The notes below the pieces were generated by a model. It searched no databases. It was not told the origin of the DNA and was given only the letters and a program-made list of their open reading frames with translations. Of a stretch of 64,000 nucleotides of DNA, positions 44,482 to 58,120 are shown piece by piece; within the stretch, counting starts at the first letter, position 1; each line of letters begins with the position of its first letter. The stretch comes from Amoeboaphelidium occidentale (Eukaryota): NCBI GenBank assembly GCA_023515795.1, contig JALGPX010000008.1, positions 124,001-188,000 on the forward strand, written 5' to 3'. The position numbers and the translations under genes were made by a program.

Positions 44482-47209
44482 ATGGATTCTGTTTCACTTG
44501 AAGCCCATTTGCTGCAGCTCTGCAATGCTGTCGGTGGCTATGAAGTTGATGTTGAAACACAACAGGAGTCTTACGTTCTGGGAGATGAAGCGATTGGTAA
44601 AAAGCTTGGTGTTTGTCTCAGCTAATTTGGGATGTAGATTGCTTAAAGGATATAAAACAATTATTGCGTTTGGATGATAAAACTCAGGAGAAAGATGTTC
44701 AGCGTCTGTTGGGTGAATGGAAGTTCTTGCAGAACGATTTGGTGCCAATATTTACAACGTTTCATCAGGGTTCAGATGATAGCAAACGATTAATTGAATG
44801 CGTGTTAGAATTAATGGTACCTCTCACATGGCCTTTGGAAGATACTGTGATATATCATAAGGAATTACAGCAGTATCAAAAGAACTATGTTAAAAGCTTG
44901 GCTACAGAGAAAGTTTTAGATGTTGTCCTAATGCTTTTACTGGATGCTTTGTCGAAAGACAAGAAAGATCGCAATAGGCACGACGAAGAAAATATTTCAT
45001 TGCTCTTGTTCTTGCTAAGGAATATGGTTCTAATTGACTCATTGTTGTGTTCAGAAACAGATGCTGTAACAGCAGATAGAGGATTTTACACTGTTTTACG
45101 GGACAAAAGTATTCTTGAGCTTTTGGTTACTTTTGCTGCTTCTATGGAAGATAACTGGGTAANGTTGTCCTAATGCTTTTACTGGATGCTTTGTCGAAAG
45201 ACAAGAAAGATCGCAATAGGCACGACGAAGAAAATATTTCGTTGCTTTTGTTCTTACTAAGGAATATGGTTCTAATCGACTCATTGTTGTGTTCAGAAAC
45301 AGATGCTGTAACAGCAGATAGAGGATTCTACACTGTTTTACGGGACAAAAGTATTCTTGAGCTTTTGGTTACTTTTGCTGCTTCTATGGAAGATAACTGG
45401 GTAAAGCAATGGAGTGTCGTTATCCTGGAAATCTTCTATTTGGTCCTGTGCCCGTTTGAACCAGAAGATTTAGCCAAGAGTGCGCTAGGCATGGATGATC
45501 ATGAAGGAGCAGAGGGTATTTCGGGAGTATCAGTTCAAAAGAAAACAAATCCCATACAAAAGGGTACAGGTGGGAGGAATCCTCGTTTCAAAGGAGTTTA
45601 TTCTGTTGTTATTGGGGTAACTTTAACTTCCAGATTCTTATCTTTTAGAATGAAAACAGATATGTAGTTCAAGGTAAATCAGATCCCTCTGAGATAATGG
45701 GAAACAAATCTATGACTGAACTAGGAAAAAAGAACAAGACGAATCCTTTGACCAAAAGAAAGATTACAGAGTTGAGCAGGTTACAATTCAAACCCCAAAG
45801 CAGACTGTTGTCCAAGTCAGAGAAAGAATGCTTGATAATGTTATCTGACATGTTCATCGAGAGCAGTTTGAATGTACTTTTCGGGCTATTGAAGAACGAT
45901 ATAAGGATGGAAAGATTGAACATTAAAGATGATGATTATACTCGTTTCATCATGCTGTGCTCCTACTTTTTGGAATATTCTCGTCTAAAAGCAAAAGTAA
46001 TAGCATGATTTATTTGACTCTAAATTATTTAGGTTCCTTTTGGCTCAATGGCATGCTTGCTAGATACTGATATGCTGGGCTTAATTTTGAAGAAAATCCA
46101 CATGAGTAAAGAGGAAAAGAATTTAANNNNNNNNNGTCTAAATTATTTAGGTTCCTTTTGGCTCACTGGCATGCTTGCTAGATACTGATATGCTGGGCTT
46201 AATTTTGAAGAAAATCCACATGAGTAAAGAGGAAAAGAATTTAAAGCACTTACAGTTATCAGTTAAATGCCTAACCAAGTGGATTCTTATTGTGGAGGAA
46301 ATGGTTGGTAGCGGCGATGAAGATGAGCAATCTTTGGCACAAGGACTGCAAGGAAATCTTTTCTATAGAGAAGAAGATTTGCAAACTTTAGTTGGTTTGG
46401 TAAAGACTCCTTCATCTTTAGACAGATGCTTCTTAGAAGATATGGTGGAATTGATACACAACTTGTTGAAGTTTCTAGAAAGATATTTTAAGAGCAATCA
46501 GAACATGGTAGTGTTAAAGAAGACCAAGAAACGAAAGAATGGCGACGACGAAGATGATGACGAGAATGCTTATGAACGCAAAGAATGTAAATTCGAATTC
46601 AACCGTCTTCAAGCAAGACTACAGTATGAGTCAACACTGGAAACTTACTTCGAACTCCTGAAACATGCCAAAGATTTGAGAAAAGGAACGGTGCACTATA
46701 TTGCAAAGATGTTCCATAGGTTATTTGTTAAATGTGATGTTGATGCTTTGATGTTCAAAATCAACTATTTGTACGAGTTCAATGTAATAATGAGACAAAG
46801 AAGAGAGCTCAACTTGAAAAATCCCGAGTTTAAAGACTTAGTTGATTTTATCAGGTTCTTCATGAATAAGTTTTTAGCAAAGGCCAAGAAGCATCCGACT
46901 TTGTTTATCGACGTATTCTTCTCCAAGACTAAATCAGAATGGAGAGAAATCAATGGATTATTCGAGGATGATAGAATTGAAACTGAAAGCAAAGCTCGTC
47001 ATGAAGAAAAGGCTAAGGCTGAGATAGAAAACGCTAATGATGAAGATGAAGTTGTTCTGAAAAAAGTCGAAGTTCAGGAGCATTCCGATGAAGAATCACA
47101 CGAAGAGCCTAAAATGAAACGTCTGAGCACAGATCTGAAGGAAAAGTATATTGAGGGCAACGAAAACACATCCAATAACTTTGTAAATAATGCGAGAGAG
47201 AATGTCTAA
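44482..47209 (+). CDS. TOF1: Replication fork protection protein Tof1/Swi1/Timeless; introns 44597-44637, 45617-45648, 45997-46032; contains assembly duplications
   Basis: LCNAVGG...YVLGDEAIDCLKDIK, LQNDLVPI, ELMVPLTWP and KMFHRL. Confidence 0.9.
44922..45404. repeat. Gap-flanking duplication (about 241 bp) inside TOF1; probable unmerged haplotypes
   Basis: Copies separated by a single N at 45163, with five synonymous differences. Confidence 0.88.
46019..46244. repeat. Gap-flanking duplication (about 108 bp) inside TOF1
   Basis: Intron end and exon start are repeated across an N-run, with an ATG/CTG difference. Confidence 0.85.
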
Positions 47210-47232
47210 GCATAATAAAAGCGCCATGGCAA

Positions 47233-50200
47233 TTATTCCGACCGCCGACTGTCTTCTTCCACTTCATGATCATCATCATCTTCTTCTTCGGCAGCCTCAG
47301 GAGATTCAGTAGGCTTATCTATCGGCGATTCTGACCGCGCGCTCTCAAAGTCTGTGGCAACAAATGCTGTTTTAGTCAGAGGACTACTAACTGAGGCTTT
47401 GGCTGGTGATTTACCTCGTGCAGAGCCAGTATCTATCGCTTTCACTCGCGGAACAGGGGATTGCTCTGCGGCACTAGGTTCTGGAGTTACTCTGGAGGCT
47501 TCATTGCTTGATTCTTGCACAACACTTTCCTCCTCTGGTGTTTTCGTAGATATCCGTTCTGAATCTGTTTCCCTCGTCAGAGTTGCATGTTGTACAGAAA
47601 TCATTGGAACGTCTGCAGAAGTTGATGGAGCGATTACTGTTACAGGATTCCTAGAAGTTCCTTCATAACTTTCATTTTCAGACACAACTGGCAGAGATTT
47701 TGACGGAGGAGGTATAGGTGTAGTATAGACTGCAGGATCAGGCGCAGACGCAGAATGAGCATGGCCCTTTCCGAGAAATTTAGATTCTTTCTTGACCACA
47801 TTGATTGCAGGATTTACAGGAGGAGGACTTGTGGGAGAGGTTTGTGTTGTAGATGTTCCTGCGTTAGAAGTTCCCCAACGAGATCGAGTTCTACTCGAGG
47901 GACGACTAATCTGAAGTGTTCCAGGTTTAAAATGAGGAAACAAGGGACCAAGAGGACTTCGCAAGATAACATTCCCCATACCCAATGTATGGGCGAACGA
48001 AAATCCGTGTACTTTTGACGCGCTTCCGGTCTCCATGGAATAACTCACTGAATTGAATGATGCGGTGGATGGTTTTCTCATGAGTCTGCCATCCTGATCA
48101 GGTTTCTTATCCATATCGTCTTTCTTCTCTGACAGCGTAGACCTTCTTTTAATAATTGCTTTCCGCTTATCTAATTCATTTACGTCGATCTTTCCGGTTC
48201 TAGCAAGATAACCGATTTCAGACAAAACCATAGAATCTGAAGGCCTTACTTCTCTCTTGTATACGTACCAGAGAAACCGAGGGCCAAGTGATATAACAAT
48301 CGTGAGAAAAATCGAAAACCAGAATGGTGCTTGCGAAAAGAGATCTTGTGTTACGCCGTACATTGCGGAATCCGTAGATGTTCCTAGAATCATAACAAAA
48401 ATGAAGATAATCAAACAACTGCCCCAAACTCCAACATGATTCATCCAGGTCCAACTATGTGTATCCAATGCAACGGAGAGATTCACATCAATGATTGCAG
48501 CGACAGCAATGACTGTGCCAAGTTGATAAGAATCTGCGATAAGACCAGAGCTATTTGTTGACGGGTTGGCATAAACCGCTATTGGTACAAAGTAACAAAC
48601 GAGAGAGTGATAAAAAGATTCAAACAGATAGATAAAGAAACGCCTGTGAGTGTAGTAGATCTGCTTGATACCTTCTGAACCGTAAACTTGAGGAAACGCT
48701 GTTATAATATTCTGTTCCACATTCTGATCGAAAATTCCAAGAATGATTATGGGCAATAATGTGAAAATAGTGTTGTAGAAAAGCATGTAAGTAAAGTCAA
48801 ATATCACTCCAGCAGAAAATCCACAGTAGAACTGGAACCAAAAGACTATGACTGTGAACACGACTGATTTCAAATAGAAATTAAGTATCATAAAAGAAAC
48901 TCGATTGTAAGACCATGTTCCGTGCACGAGAAGTAATCGTTGCAGGAATTTGAACTGTGCTATCGAGTAATCTGCGGACATGGCTGCTTGTAAGCCCTCT
49001 TCTCCGGATATTCCAACGCCTACATGAGCTGCTTGAATCATAGAAACATCTAAAGGTTTAAAGGCATTTGAAGAAGAAATTTACCGTTAGCTCCATCACC
49101 TATCGCGAGTGTAATCACATTACGCCCAGACTTTACCATCTCGACAACTTTAGCTTTTTGCAAAGGACTCACTCTGCAACATACAACAGCCTTGCATTTA
49201 AGCGCAATATTAAGCATAAGAGTTTTTGTTTCTTCATTTTCCAAAGCATACTTGAGAGATTGACCGTCAATTATCAATGCGAATTCCTTGTTCATTAAAG
49301 CACCGGTATTGCTCCTCTCTAACGGTTCAGAAAGCAGATTGCTGGCAAAGAATCGTTCAGCGGCAGCGTTGAATTGCCTTTTTACTTCATTCTCGTTGTT
49401 TGCATTCTTAATTTGAATAAGTATCATTTCTGACTCTGAGACTTCAGCATCTTCATCAAGGACCTCAGTGGTCTTCAACAATCCGCATAAAAATCCAACA
49501 TTAATAGCTGTTTCCATTTTGTCGCCAGTAAGAACCCAAATTTTTATGCCTGCATCAGCCAATGTCGTAATGCATTCTGGTACTCCTTCCTGTAGCTTGT
49601 CTTCGATAGCTGTGATCCCGAGAAGAATCAGTTTACTTTCGATCTCATTGTTCAAAGTATCTAACGCCCTAGATCTTGCGGTTGAATCTGGATAGATCTG
49701 TGTTACAGCCTCAAAGTACCGTTTGGACCAACTTTCATACTGTTCGTTCGGTACCTTTCTGTAAGCCAGACACAAGGTTCTAAGTCCGTCTTTGGCGAAA
49801 TGGTCCAAGTTGGTATTGGCCTTCTCTTTAGCCTCATTTTGTCCAGGCAAAAGCCTTTCAAAAATGACTGAGTCGGCTCCCTTGCAGAACAAGATGACAT
49901 CCCCTTTTTTGCCATTAGTACCAGCCGTTCGCACAATAACACTCATTCTTTTTCTATCACTGTCGAACTCCAGCACGTTCAGCAGACCATACCGAGCTTC
50001 TTCTCCTAGAGCGTCGATGACTATTTCATTCTGTTCTGTTTCGGCGTTATGCTCTCGTCCTTTAAAGACAAAGCCACACTCAGCAGCGAATGTGACTAAA
50101 CAAGCCTCATCAGGAGATTGCGCTTTGTACTTCAGAACAGGCATTTTGGCAGCATTATTTGCAAGCGCTTGAGTTATTGAATTCTGCGTGTTTCGAGACT

Positions 50201-52942
50201 CTCTGTCCGACTTTTCTTCTAACAAGACCGTATGACATACTGCCAATAGAGTAAAGAAATCTTTAATGGCGACTCCGTGGGGTGTCGTCATTTTTATCCT
50301 ATCATCTAAATACTCGAAAAGTGCGTCGTCAAAAAAAGTCTCAACATTATCATCAACTTCCAAAACTGGCCCTTCTTCTTCAATTACAGAAGCAATCGTC
50401 GGAGCATCGATTGAAGCATGTTTTAAATGCTTGGTACTCTTGTTCGCGTTTGTCGATCCGGGTGTATGCAACAAGTCGTCATCTTTAATTAAGCTCGAAA
50501 CTCTGTTGTGACCCTTTCCAGTCTCGACCCAGTCAGCTTTAATAGAGTATGTACTAGCTCTGCTTGACTGAGCCATTCTAGACGNNNNNNNNNNNNNNNN
50601 AGTCGTCATCTTTAATTAAGCTCGAAACTCTGTTATGACCCTTTCCAGTCTCGACCCAGTCAGCTTTAATAGAGTATGTACTAGCTCTGCTTGACTGAGC
50701 CATTCTAGACGGTTGCATGTTCAGTCCGTCGTCACTGCCTGACTTCTTTCCAGTGCCGTCGTATACTACTCCAGCAATAGAGCATTTCTTAAATTCCATG
50801 ATGTTTCTGGTTAAAGTTCCCGTCTTGTCTGAGAATATGTACTCGATTTGACCCAAATTATCAGATAAATTCCAACTTTTCGGAACACAAGGAGTATCAT
50901 TTTCTTCATAGTACAGTTCCAAGTCAGAGTAAATGAAGTAAGCTTGTACTGTCTTGACTATTTCAATGGAGATGTACAGAGAAATAGGAACTATGTTCTG
51001 AAACAAAATCAGTGCATTGAAAAAATTGACAAATGCTTCTAAATCGGGAGCAAAAGCTGNNNNNNNNNNNNNNNNNNTTGACTATTTCAATGGAGATGTA
51101 CAGAGAGATAGGAACTATGTTCTGAAACAAAATCAGTGCATTGAAAAAATTGACAAATGCTTCTAAATCGGGAGCAAAAGCTGCTTCACCAAAAGTTGTG
51201 TCGTTTGCATTTTGTGCCCTCGACTGGACAGAGTATCCAATAGAAACGATAGCACACATGACGACGAGAAGCATCAAACTGATCATAACGTGAGGATTCA
51301 TTCTCTTTTCGACTTCAGACTGTTTCGAAGGGGTTTTACCAGAATTCAGAATTTGCTTTGTATCATCACCAGTAAAAACTACCACTCCAATCACCCATTT
51401 AGTATTTCGAAGAACGCATCCTCTTAAAAGGATACCATTTATATCGACAGGTATTCGCTTCTGTATGTCAGCGGATTTCTTTCCCTTATTTATCATTTCC
51501 ATTGATTTACCACCATCCAGAGTTGTCTTCGATTGCTCGCCAGCAGATGAGTCTAAAGAATTCCGAGTAAGAGACAACTCGGTATGCAGATCATGAGGAG
51601 GCATATATAGAATCGTGGCTTNCTTAAAAGGATACCATTTATATCGACAGGTATTCGCTTCTGTATGTCAGCGGATTTCTTTCCCTTATTTATCATTTCC
51701 ATTGACTTGCCACCATCCAGAGTCGTCCTCGATTGCTCGCCTGCGGATGAGTCTAAAGAATTCCGAGTAAGAGACAACTCGGTATGCAGATCATGAGGAG
51801 GCATATATAGAATCGTGGCTTGGTACCGAAGCATATTGGTAGTTGGAGGTTCCGAGTCGATTACTAGCTTCAACTTCACGGCACAATCGTCTGGCTGTTT
51901 AACCCACATTAGCTCAGTAGGCCCCTGCTTCAGCTTCAAATTCGTCTCCCCATCAAGATTCTTTGTCTCGACATAACACAAATTATCTGTTTCAGAGGTA
52001 GAAAGTACAATTATGTCAGCGGGCNNNNNNNNNGTCGATTACAAGCTTCAACTTCACGGCACAATCGTCTGGCTGTTTAACCCACATTAGCTCAGTAGGC
52101 CCTTGCTTCAGCTTCAAATTAGTCTCCCCATCAAGATTCTTTGTCTCGACATAACACAAATTATCTGTTTCAGAGGTAGAAAGTACAATTATGTCAGCGG
52201 GCAAAGCGTCATTGTTCTGAACATAGATAATGTCACCAACTCGAATGTCTTTCCATGAAGTTTGAACCCAACGATATCCTCCAACATCGATCGCTATTGG
52301 CCTCTCAGAGTACTGCCTAGTTCGCTGTTCTAAACGATCTTTGAATAACCCAATCTGCGTGATCAAGAGGTCAATATAGTATCGTATCTTCCGCCTAATC
52401 TTCTTCGCTAATCTAATATTTATGATATCCGGATAATTATAATTCCTCCAGTGGTCCTGCCCCAAAGTAAAAGCTTGACGATTATTAACTTGCTTATCAG
52501 ACATCCATCTGCGATAATCTTCCACGCCGTCCTTAACAGCAGTAACGGCCACAATAAATATAATCGGCAGGGCAGCAATAATCGGATGAACTGTTTTGAA
52601 TAGTGGAAAGCTCTGTAGAATGACCAGGAGCAGAAAGAAGAAGTTGGCTACTCTTCTGAACTGTTCAAAAAGGTTCTTTGGTATAAATGACAAGATGGTA
52701 TACTTTGACGTTCGAATTCTAAAGAGGAAATGAGCTGTAAGAAGAACATATCTGCGGATTTACCTGTTGGTTTCATAAGTGTGCTTAGGCACATAGCGAC
52801 CTTGAGCTTTGCGAGCAGAATCCAACTGATCGTCAGGCAGAGGCATGTTGACGTAAATCTGTCGTGCTTGACTGGCAGATGCTAAGGCTATTGTGCTGTT
52901 CGTAGAGGGCGCATAGTTATTTCTTCCCTGATTGTCCGACAT
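47233..52942 (-). CDS. P4-type ATPase phospholipid flippase (Dnf1/Drs2 family); introns 52719-52763 and 49050-49084; fragmented by four gap duplications
   Basis: [51 protein letters not shown] and spliced IGDGANDVSMIQ. Confidence 0.93.
50473..52203. repeat. Four gap-flanking duplications (about 105-200 bp each) inside the P4-ATPase gene
   Basis: Pairs around Ns at about 50585-50600, 51060-51077, 51622 and 52025-52033, each with a few SNPs. Confidence 0.85.
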
Positions 52943-53076
52943 TTCTAAGAGGTGACGAATGTGGCGATATCGCTCGCTTCGAAGGTTGTCTCAAAGATTG
53001 AACTTTAAAAAGGGTGATCATGAAAACTTCCCTTGATACCTACGGAAACTGAAATCTATTATTACTTTTATCTGTT

Positions 53077-53953
53077 TTAAGCATCATCCTGATCACCTGC
53101 TGAATCCTGTTCACTCTGCCCAGCTTGATCAATACTTGCTTGCGAGGTGTTGCCTTCGATCGCTTGAGGTGCAGCAGATTGAACCGATATTTGTCCTTGT
53201 TGTAACATCCTAGCATATTGCATCTGTTGTAACTGTTGATATGCCATGTTTGGATCAGCATACGGAAAGTATTGTTGGCCGGATAAAGCAGCGTACTCTG
53301 GCGCCATCAGACTCCTTGCTTCCTAAATTGCAAAAGATTAAATCTGATCCAAGACATCACTATCACCATACCTCTGCTCTCTTTGCACTCGCCTGTTTAC
53401 TCATTTCATCTCTTGGGACAATGTCAATTAGGAAGTCGAATACTTCGGATTTAGATATTGCTGTTGCGATATCACTTCTTTGTAGTGTTCTTCTCTTGTT
53501 CTCCTCTGTATGTATCCAAGCCCTCATTGTAAGCTCAAGAATGAATATCTCGCATGCCTTTGCGAATAGGACTGGGGCTTCTCCGGATATCATCTAATAC
53601 AGATTAGGCATGAATCATTATAGAGTTGTATCAAGTACCATCTTGTTTCGAACATCCTCGTCTGTCTTCATGACTTTCTTGATACGGGCAAGTGGCAAGG
53701 AGTGTTCCTTGAAGTCTATTTGGGAGTTCTCTATCTGTATCAATTGATCAGCCCAGAATTGGTTGATCATTTGCAGGTGCTGATGGTGCAAGTTGGTTTG
53801 GGCATGAATTTGTGATGGTTCATAAAGGGCTGCAGCTGCAGCTTGTTGTGCAGCTAAAGCTTGAGCCATTTGCTGCTGTTGTTGCTGCTGTTGAGCACTT
53901 GATGTTGGCACAGGAGGTCCAGTTGGAATTTGACCATGATGTTGATCAGACAT
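53077..53953 (-). CDS. HAP5: CCAAT-binding factor subunit NF-YC/Hap5; introns 53594-53638 and 53323-53371
   Basis: [33 protein letters not shown] and [11 protein letters not shown]-rich ends. Confidence 0.95.
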
Positions 53954-54007
53954 GTCTCGACGTCAACTTAGGAAAAAGAAACCAACATAGCGTTGTACTA
54001 TTGAATA

Positions 54008-55318
54008 TTATTCATTTAATAAACTTAAAAGAGACTTATTTTGTGTTAGCAACGACTTTGGTGGTATCATGCTGAGCCACAAAGACCACAGCTCATTGCT
54101 GGCATTCGCGATCGTTTGGTTATCGTTTAGGCCAAGTTCTCCACTGAACGATGAGCTTCTTTTCTTAAAAGTTTCTCGTGTAAACTGTGAAGCTTTAAAT
54201 TGCCGCTCGTAGACCATTGTGAAGTGTTTCTGCCTGAGTAATATGCGATTCTTCCTCTCAGATGATCCGTTACATAACGCTAGCAATGATAGTAACGCAT
54301 TCTTGACAGAATTCTTCAAGGTTGTACGTTTTGCATCAAAACCTTCTGAGTCATGGCCTGGAGGACTAAGAAAGATAGAATCCATGTCCGGTATTAAGCA
54401 ACATTGTCTCTGATGATCCAAATACACAAAATAAACAAGACCAGGAAAGGAACTTAAGTAATTTGTCATGGGCAATCGTGTTTCCTTCAATGTGCTCAAG
54501 AAACCAGTGAACTGCGAAAGTTTTAACTTCTGAAACTCGCCGATTAAATCCATTGACAAGGTGCTGTCATCTGCAAGAACTGCTAAAAGCCAAATATCTT
54601 CCAGCTCATTCAGAACCTGACGGTAAAGAAAACAATTCGAATGGCCATGGTGAAGATCAACGTAGCATTGATGTTGAACATGTTTGATAATCAGTAACTC
54701 GTCGTTATCCAAAGTTATGCCATTCGATGTAGAGTTAACTTTGCACAATAATTTCGACCCAACAAAGAGCATTATATAAGGCTTCATTAATGACCCAGAA
54801 AGAGCTGAATTGTACACAGAATCATAGGATTGCCTGCATAAATCCCTCACGACAAGCATTAGATCATTAGATACTGGTAAAGTCTCTACAGCTCCAAACA
54901 GCGCATCCTCAGAAAGATGCTCTTGAAGTATTAAATCACGCAGAACCTTCATAAAGGCGTTCATTTGATGCCCTTCGTAGCTTTTGGACTTGAGATCAGC
55001 ATAAGTAAATCGAAGCAATAGCAAGCTTTTCTCCAGTAGACACAGTATGCGTTCCCTTTCTACCTTTGAAGTATCAATAGAATCCAAATATAAATAAACA
55101 TATTCCGTAGAACCATTTAGTAGCACTGGCTTTATAGCAACTACGCCACGATCACCAGTGAATTCGACAATTTCAGACTCTTCCTTATTAAACACGTGCA
55201 TAAACAAGTTCACCGTTGCCATTAAAGGAAAGAACTTTAAAGTATCACCGTCATTCACAGCTTTCACGGCGTCCAGGAGGATATTCCCTTGCTGATCCAA
55301 AACCAAAGCACGAAACAT
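54008..55318 (-). CDS. HPS1: HPS1-like tri-longin protein (BLOC-3 subunit; Mon1/HPS1/Fuzzy family)
   Basis: LFVGSKLL, FPGLVYFVYLD and C-terminal ELWSLWLSMIP..L..Q...L resemble HPS1 blocks. Confidence 0.65.
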   Translation of the reverse strand: MFRALVLDQQGNILLDAVKAVNDGDTLKFFPLMATVNLFMHVFNKEESEIVEFTGDRGVVAIKPVLLNGSTEYVYLYLDSIDTSKVERERILCLLEKSLLLLRFTYADLKSKSYEGHQMNAFMKVLRDLILQEHLSEDALFGAVETLPVSNDLMLVVRDLCRQSYDSVYNSALSGSLMKPYIMLFVGSKLLCKVNSTSNGITLDNDELLIIKHVQHQCYVDLHHGHSNCFLYRQVLNELEDIWLLAVLADDSTLSMDLIGEFQKLKLSQFTGFLSTLKETRLPMTNYLSSFPGLVYFVYLDHQRQCCLIPDMDSIFLSPPGHDSEGFDAKRTTLKNSVKNALLSLLALCNGSSERKNRILLRQKHFTMVYERQFKASQFTRETFKKRSSSFSGELGLNDNQTIANASNELWSLWLSMIPPKSLLTQNKSLLSLLNE

Positions 55319-55383
55319 CTCAAAGAGAGCAGCGAGCGATGATCGCATGAAACAACAACGCATTACGGAATTTTCACACGGAA

Positions 55384-58120
55384 ATGACTAAACTGACTTT
55401 TGAAGGAAAAGTTGTCGTTGTAACGGGCGCTGGCGGAGGTGCGGTTCCTCATATTCTTATGGCTTTGACTAATTTCCTGTTTAGGGCTCGGTAAAGTTTA
55501 CGCTTTGGAGTATGCCAAAAGAGGTGCTGCTGTTGTTGTTAATGATTTGGGTGTGAGCAGGTCTGGTTCCGGTTCATCTTCCAAAGCCGCAGATGTCGTC
55601 GTTGATGAGATAAAGGCTAAGGGAGGCAAGGCTGTTGCGAACTACGACAGCGTTGAGAATGGGGACCAAATCATAAAGACTGCCATCGATGCTTTCGGAA
55701 GAGTCGACATTGTTATTAACAATGCTGGGATCCTTAGGGACAAAACATTTAGTCGAATGGATGATTCCGACTGGGACTTGGTTCATGCTGTTCATTTGAG
55801 AGGTTCTTACAAGGTTACGAAAGCTGCATGGGAGTATTTTCAGAAGCAGAAGTTTGGCAGAGTTATTAATACTGCATCTGCTGCTGGAATTTACGGAAAC
55901 TATGGTCAAGCTAATTATAGTGCTGCTAAATTAGCTCTGCATGGTTTCAGTTCCACGTTGGCTCGCGAAGGAGCAAAGTACAATATCAAAGTTAATACGA
56001 TTGCTCCTTTGGCTGCTTCTAGAATGACAGAGTCTGTCCTTCCTCCTGAGATTTTGCAGAATCTTAAGCCTGAATATGTTGCGCCTTTGGTTTTGTACTT
56101 GACACACGAATCCACTGAAGAAACAGGCGGCTTGTTTGAAGTTGGTGCAGGATATGTTGGTAAATTGCGCTGGGAAAGATCTAAAGGAGCTATTTTCAAG
56201 ACTGATTCCTCTTTCACTCCTGGAAGCGTCCTGCAGAAATGGAAGCAGATTTGTGACTTTACAAATGCTGATCATCCTGAAACTATTATGGATGTTGACT
56301 GGATGGGTATTTTGGACAAGGCAAAGAGTCAAGCAGCTAATCCTGATGTATCTCCTCCATTAAACTACAAAGGTCGTGTTGTTATTGTCACTGGTGCAGG
56401 TGGAGGTCTTGGTCGTGCATACGCTTTGCACTTTGCCAAGTTTGGAGCGAAAGTTGTTGTTAATGACTTGGGTGTCCAAAAACGTGGTCAAGAATCTGTC
56501 AAAGCAGCTGATATAGTTGTTAATGAGATCAAAAAAGCAGGCGGTGAAGCAGTGGCCAATTATGACTCTGTTGAAGATGGAGATAAGGTTGTCAAAGCAG
56601 CAATTGATACGTTCGGAAGAGTTGATGTTGTTATTAATAATGCTGGTATTTTGAGAGATAAGTCCTTCAGTAGAGCCACTGATGCAGACTGGGATCTTGT
56701 ACAGAGAGTGCATTTGAGAGGTACATACAAAGTCACAAAAGCTGCATGGCCGCACTTTCTAAAGCAGAAGTATGGTAGAATTGTCAACACTGCTTCTGCT
56801 GTTGGCTTGTACGGAAACTTTGGACAGGCAAACTACAGTGCTGCTAAATCGGGTCTTATTGGATTCAGTAACACTCTTGCAATTGAAGGAGCGAAACACA
56901 ACATTTTGGTTAATACAATTGCACCAAATGCTGGTACTGCGATGACTGCAACTGTGATGCCTCCTGAAATGGTTGAAGCATTGAAACCTGATTATGTTGC
57001 TCCTTTGGTTGCTTTCTTGGGTCATGAGCAAAACAAGACAACTGGCGGAGTTTTCGAAGTGGGAAGTGGATGGGTTGCAAAGAACAGATGGCAAAGGTCT
57101 GGCGGTGTTGGCTTTCCACTGGACACGCCATTGACTCCTGAAGCTATTGCTGCAAAATTTAGCGAGATTGTGAACTTCAATGATGGCCGTGCAACTAATC
57201 CTACTTCTACCCAAGAATCATTCCAAGCAGTATTTGAAAACATGCAAAAGGCGTCTAAGCCTGCTCCTTCTAAGACTGTTGTCGGAAAGTTTTCGTATAC
57301 TTCGAGGGATGTGATTCTTTATAATTTGGGAATCGGTGCCAAAAGAGAGGATTTACAGTTTGTCTATGAAAACAATGCAGACTTTAAGCCTATTCCTACT
57401 TTTGCTGTTACTCCACCGTTCTCTATGATGCTTACATTCCCAATGAATGAAGTAGTTGGTGATTTCAATCCAATGATGTTGTTGCATGGAGAACAATACT
57501 TGGAATTCAAGAAACCTTTGCCGAATGAAGGAACACTCACCAATGAAATGAAAGTTGTTGATGTTGTAGATAAAGGTAAAGGAGTTGTTTTGGTTCTTGG
57601 AGTTACCAGTAAGGATGCTTCTGGAGACGTTGTTTGCTATAATGAATTCTCCAACTTCATCAGAGGAGTCAAGGGAGTTGGAAACAAAAAAGGCAAAGAC
57701 AGAGGTGCTGCAACAGCAAATGTTAGCCCCCCATCTAGAGCACCAGATGTGGTCGTTGAAGAAAAGACCGACGAAAGTCAGGCAGCGTTGTACAGATTGA
57801 GCGGTGATTACAATCCGTTGCACATTGATCCTGAAATGTCTGCTATGGGTGGTTTCGATGTTCCTATCCTTCATGGTTTGTGCACTTTTGGAATAGCTGG
57901 TAAGCATGTGTTCAAGCATTTCTGTGGCAATGATTCCAAGAAGTTCAAGTCTATTAAGGCAAGATTTGCGAAACACGTTTTCCCTGGTGAGACTCTCCGC
58001 ACCGAAATGTGGAAAGAGGGATCAACCGTCATTTTCCAGGTTCGCGTTCTAGAAAGAGATGTTCTAGCCATCACCAATGCTGCAGTTCAGCTTAACATGA
58101 CACAACAATCAAAGTTGTAA
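55384..58120 (+). CDS. FOX2: Peroxisomal multifunctional beta-oxidation enzyme MFE-2; intron 55439-55484
   Basis: Two SDR domains (TGAGGGLG, NNAGILRD, YSAAK), hydratase-2 motif YRLSGDYNPLHIDP and C-terminal PTS1 SKL. Confidence 0.96.

Noticed and set aside
22169..52203. Direct repeats suggesting tandem exon duplication, frameshifted pseudogenes or a repeat array
   Set aside because: Every pair straddles an N-gap and differs only by scattered SNPs, which is typical of scaffolding artefacts. There is no repeat-spacer periodicity, so this is not CRISPR.
55384..57200. Internal duplication in FOX2 (and likewise in the ABCB gene)
   Set aside because: These are the normal two-SDR and two-half architectures of the families.
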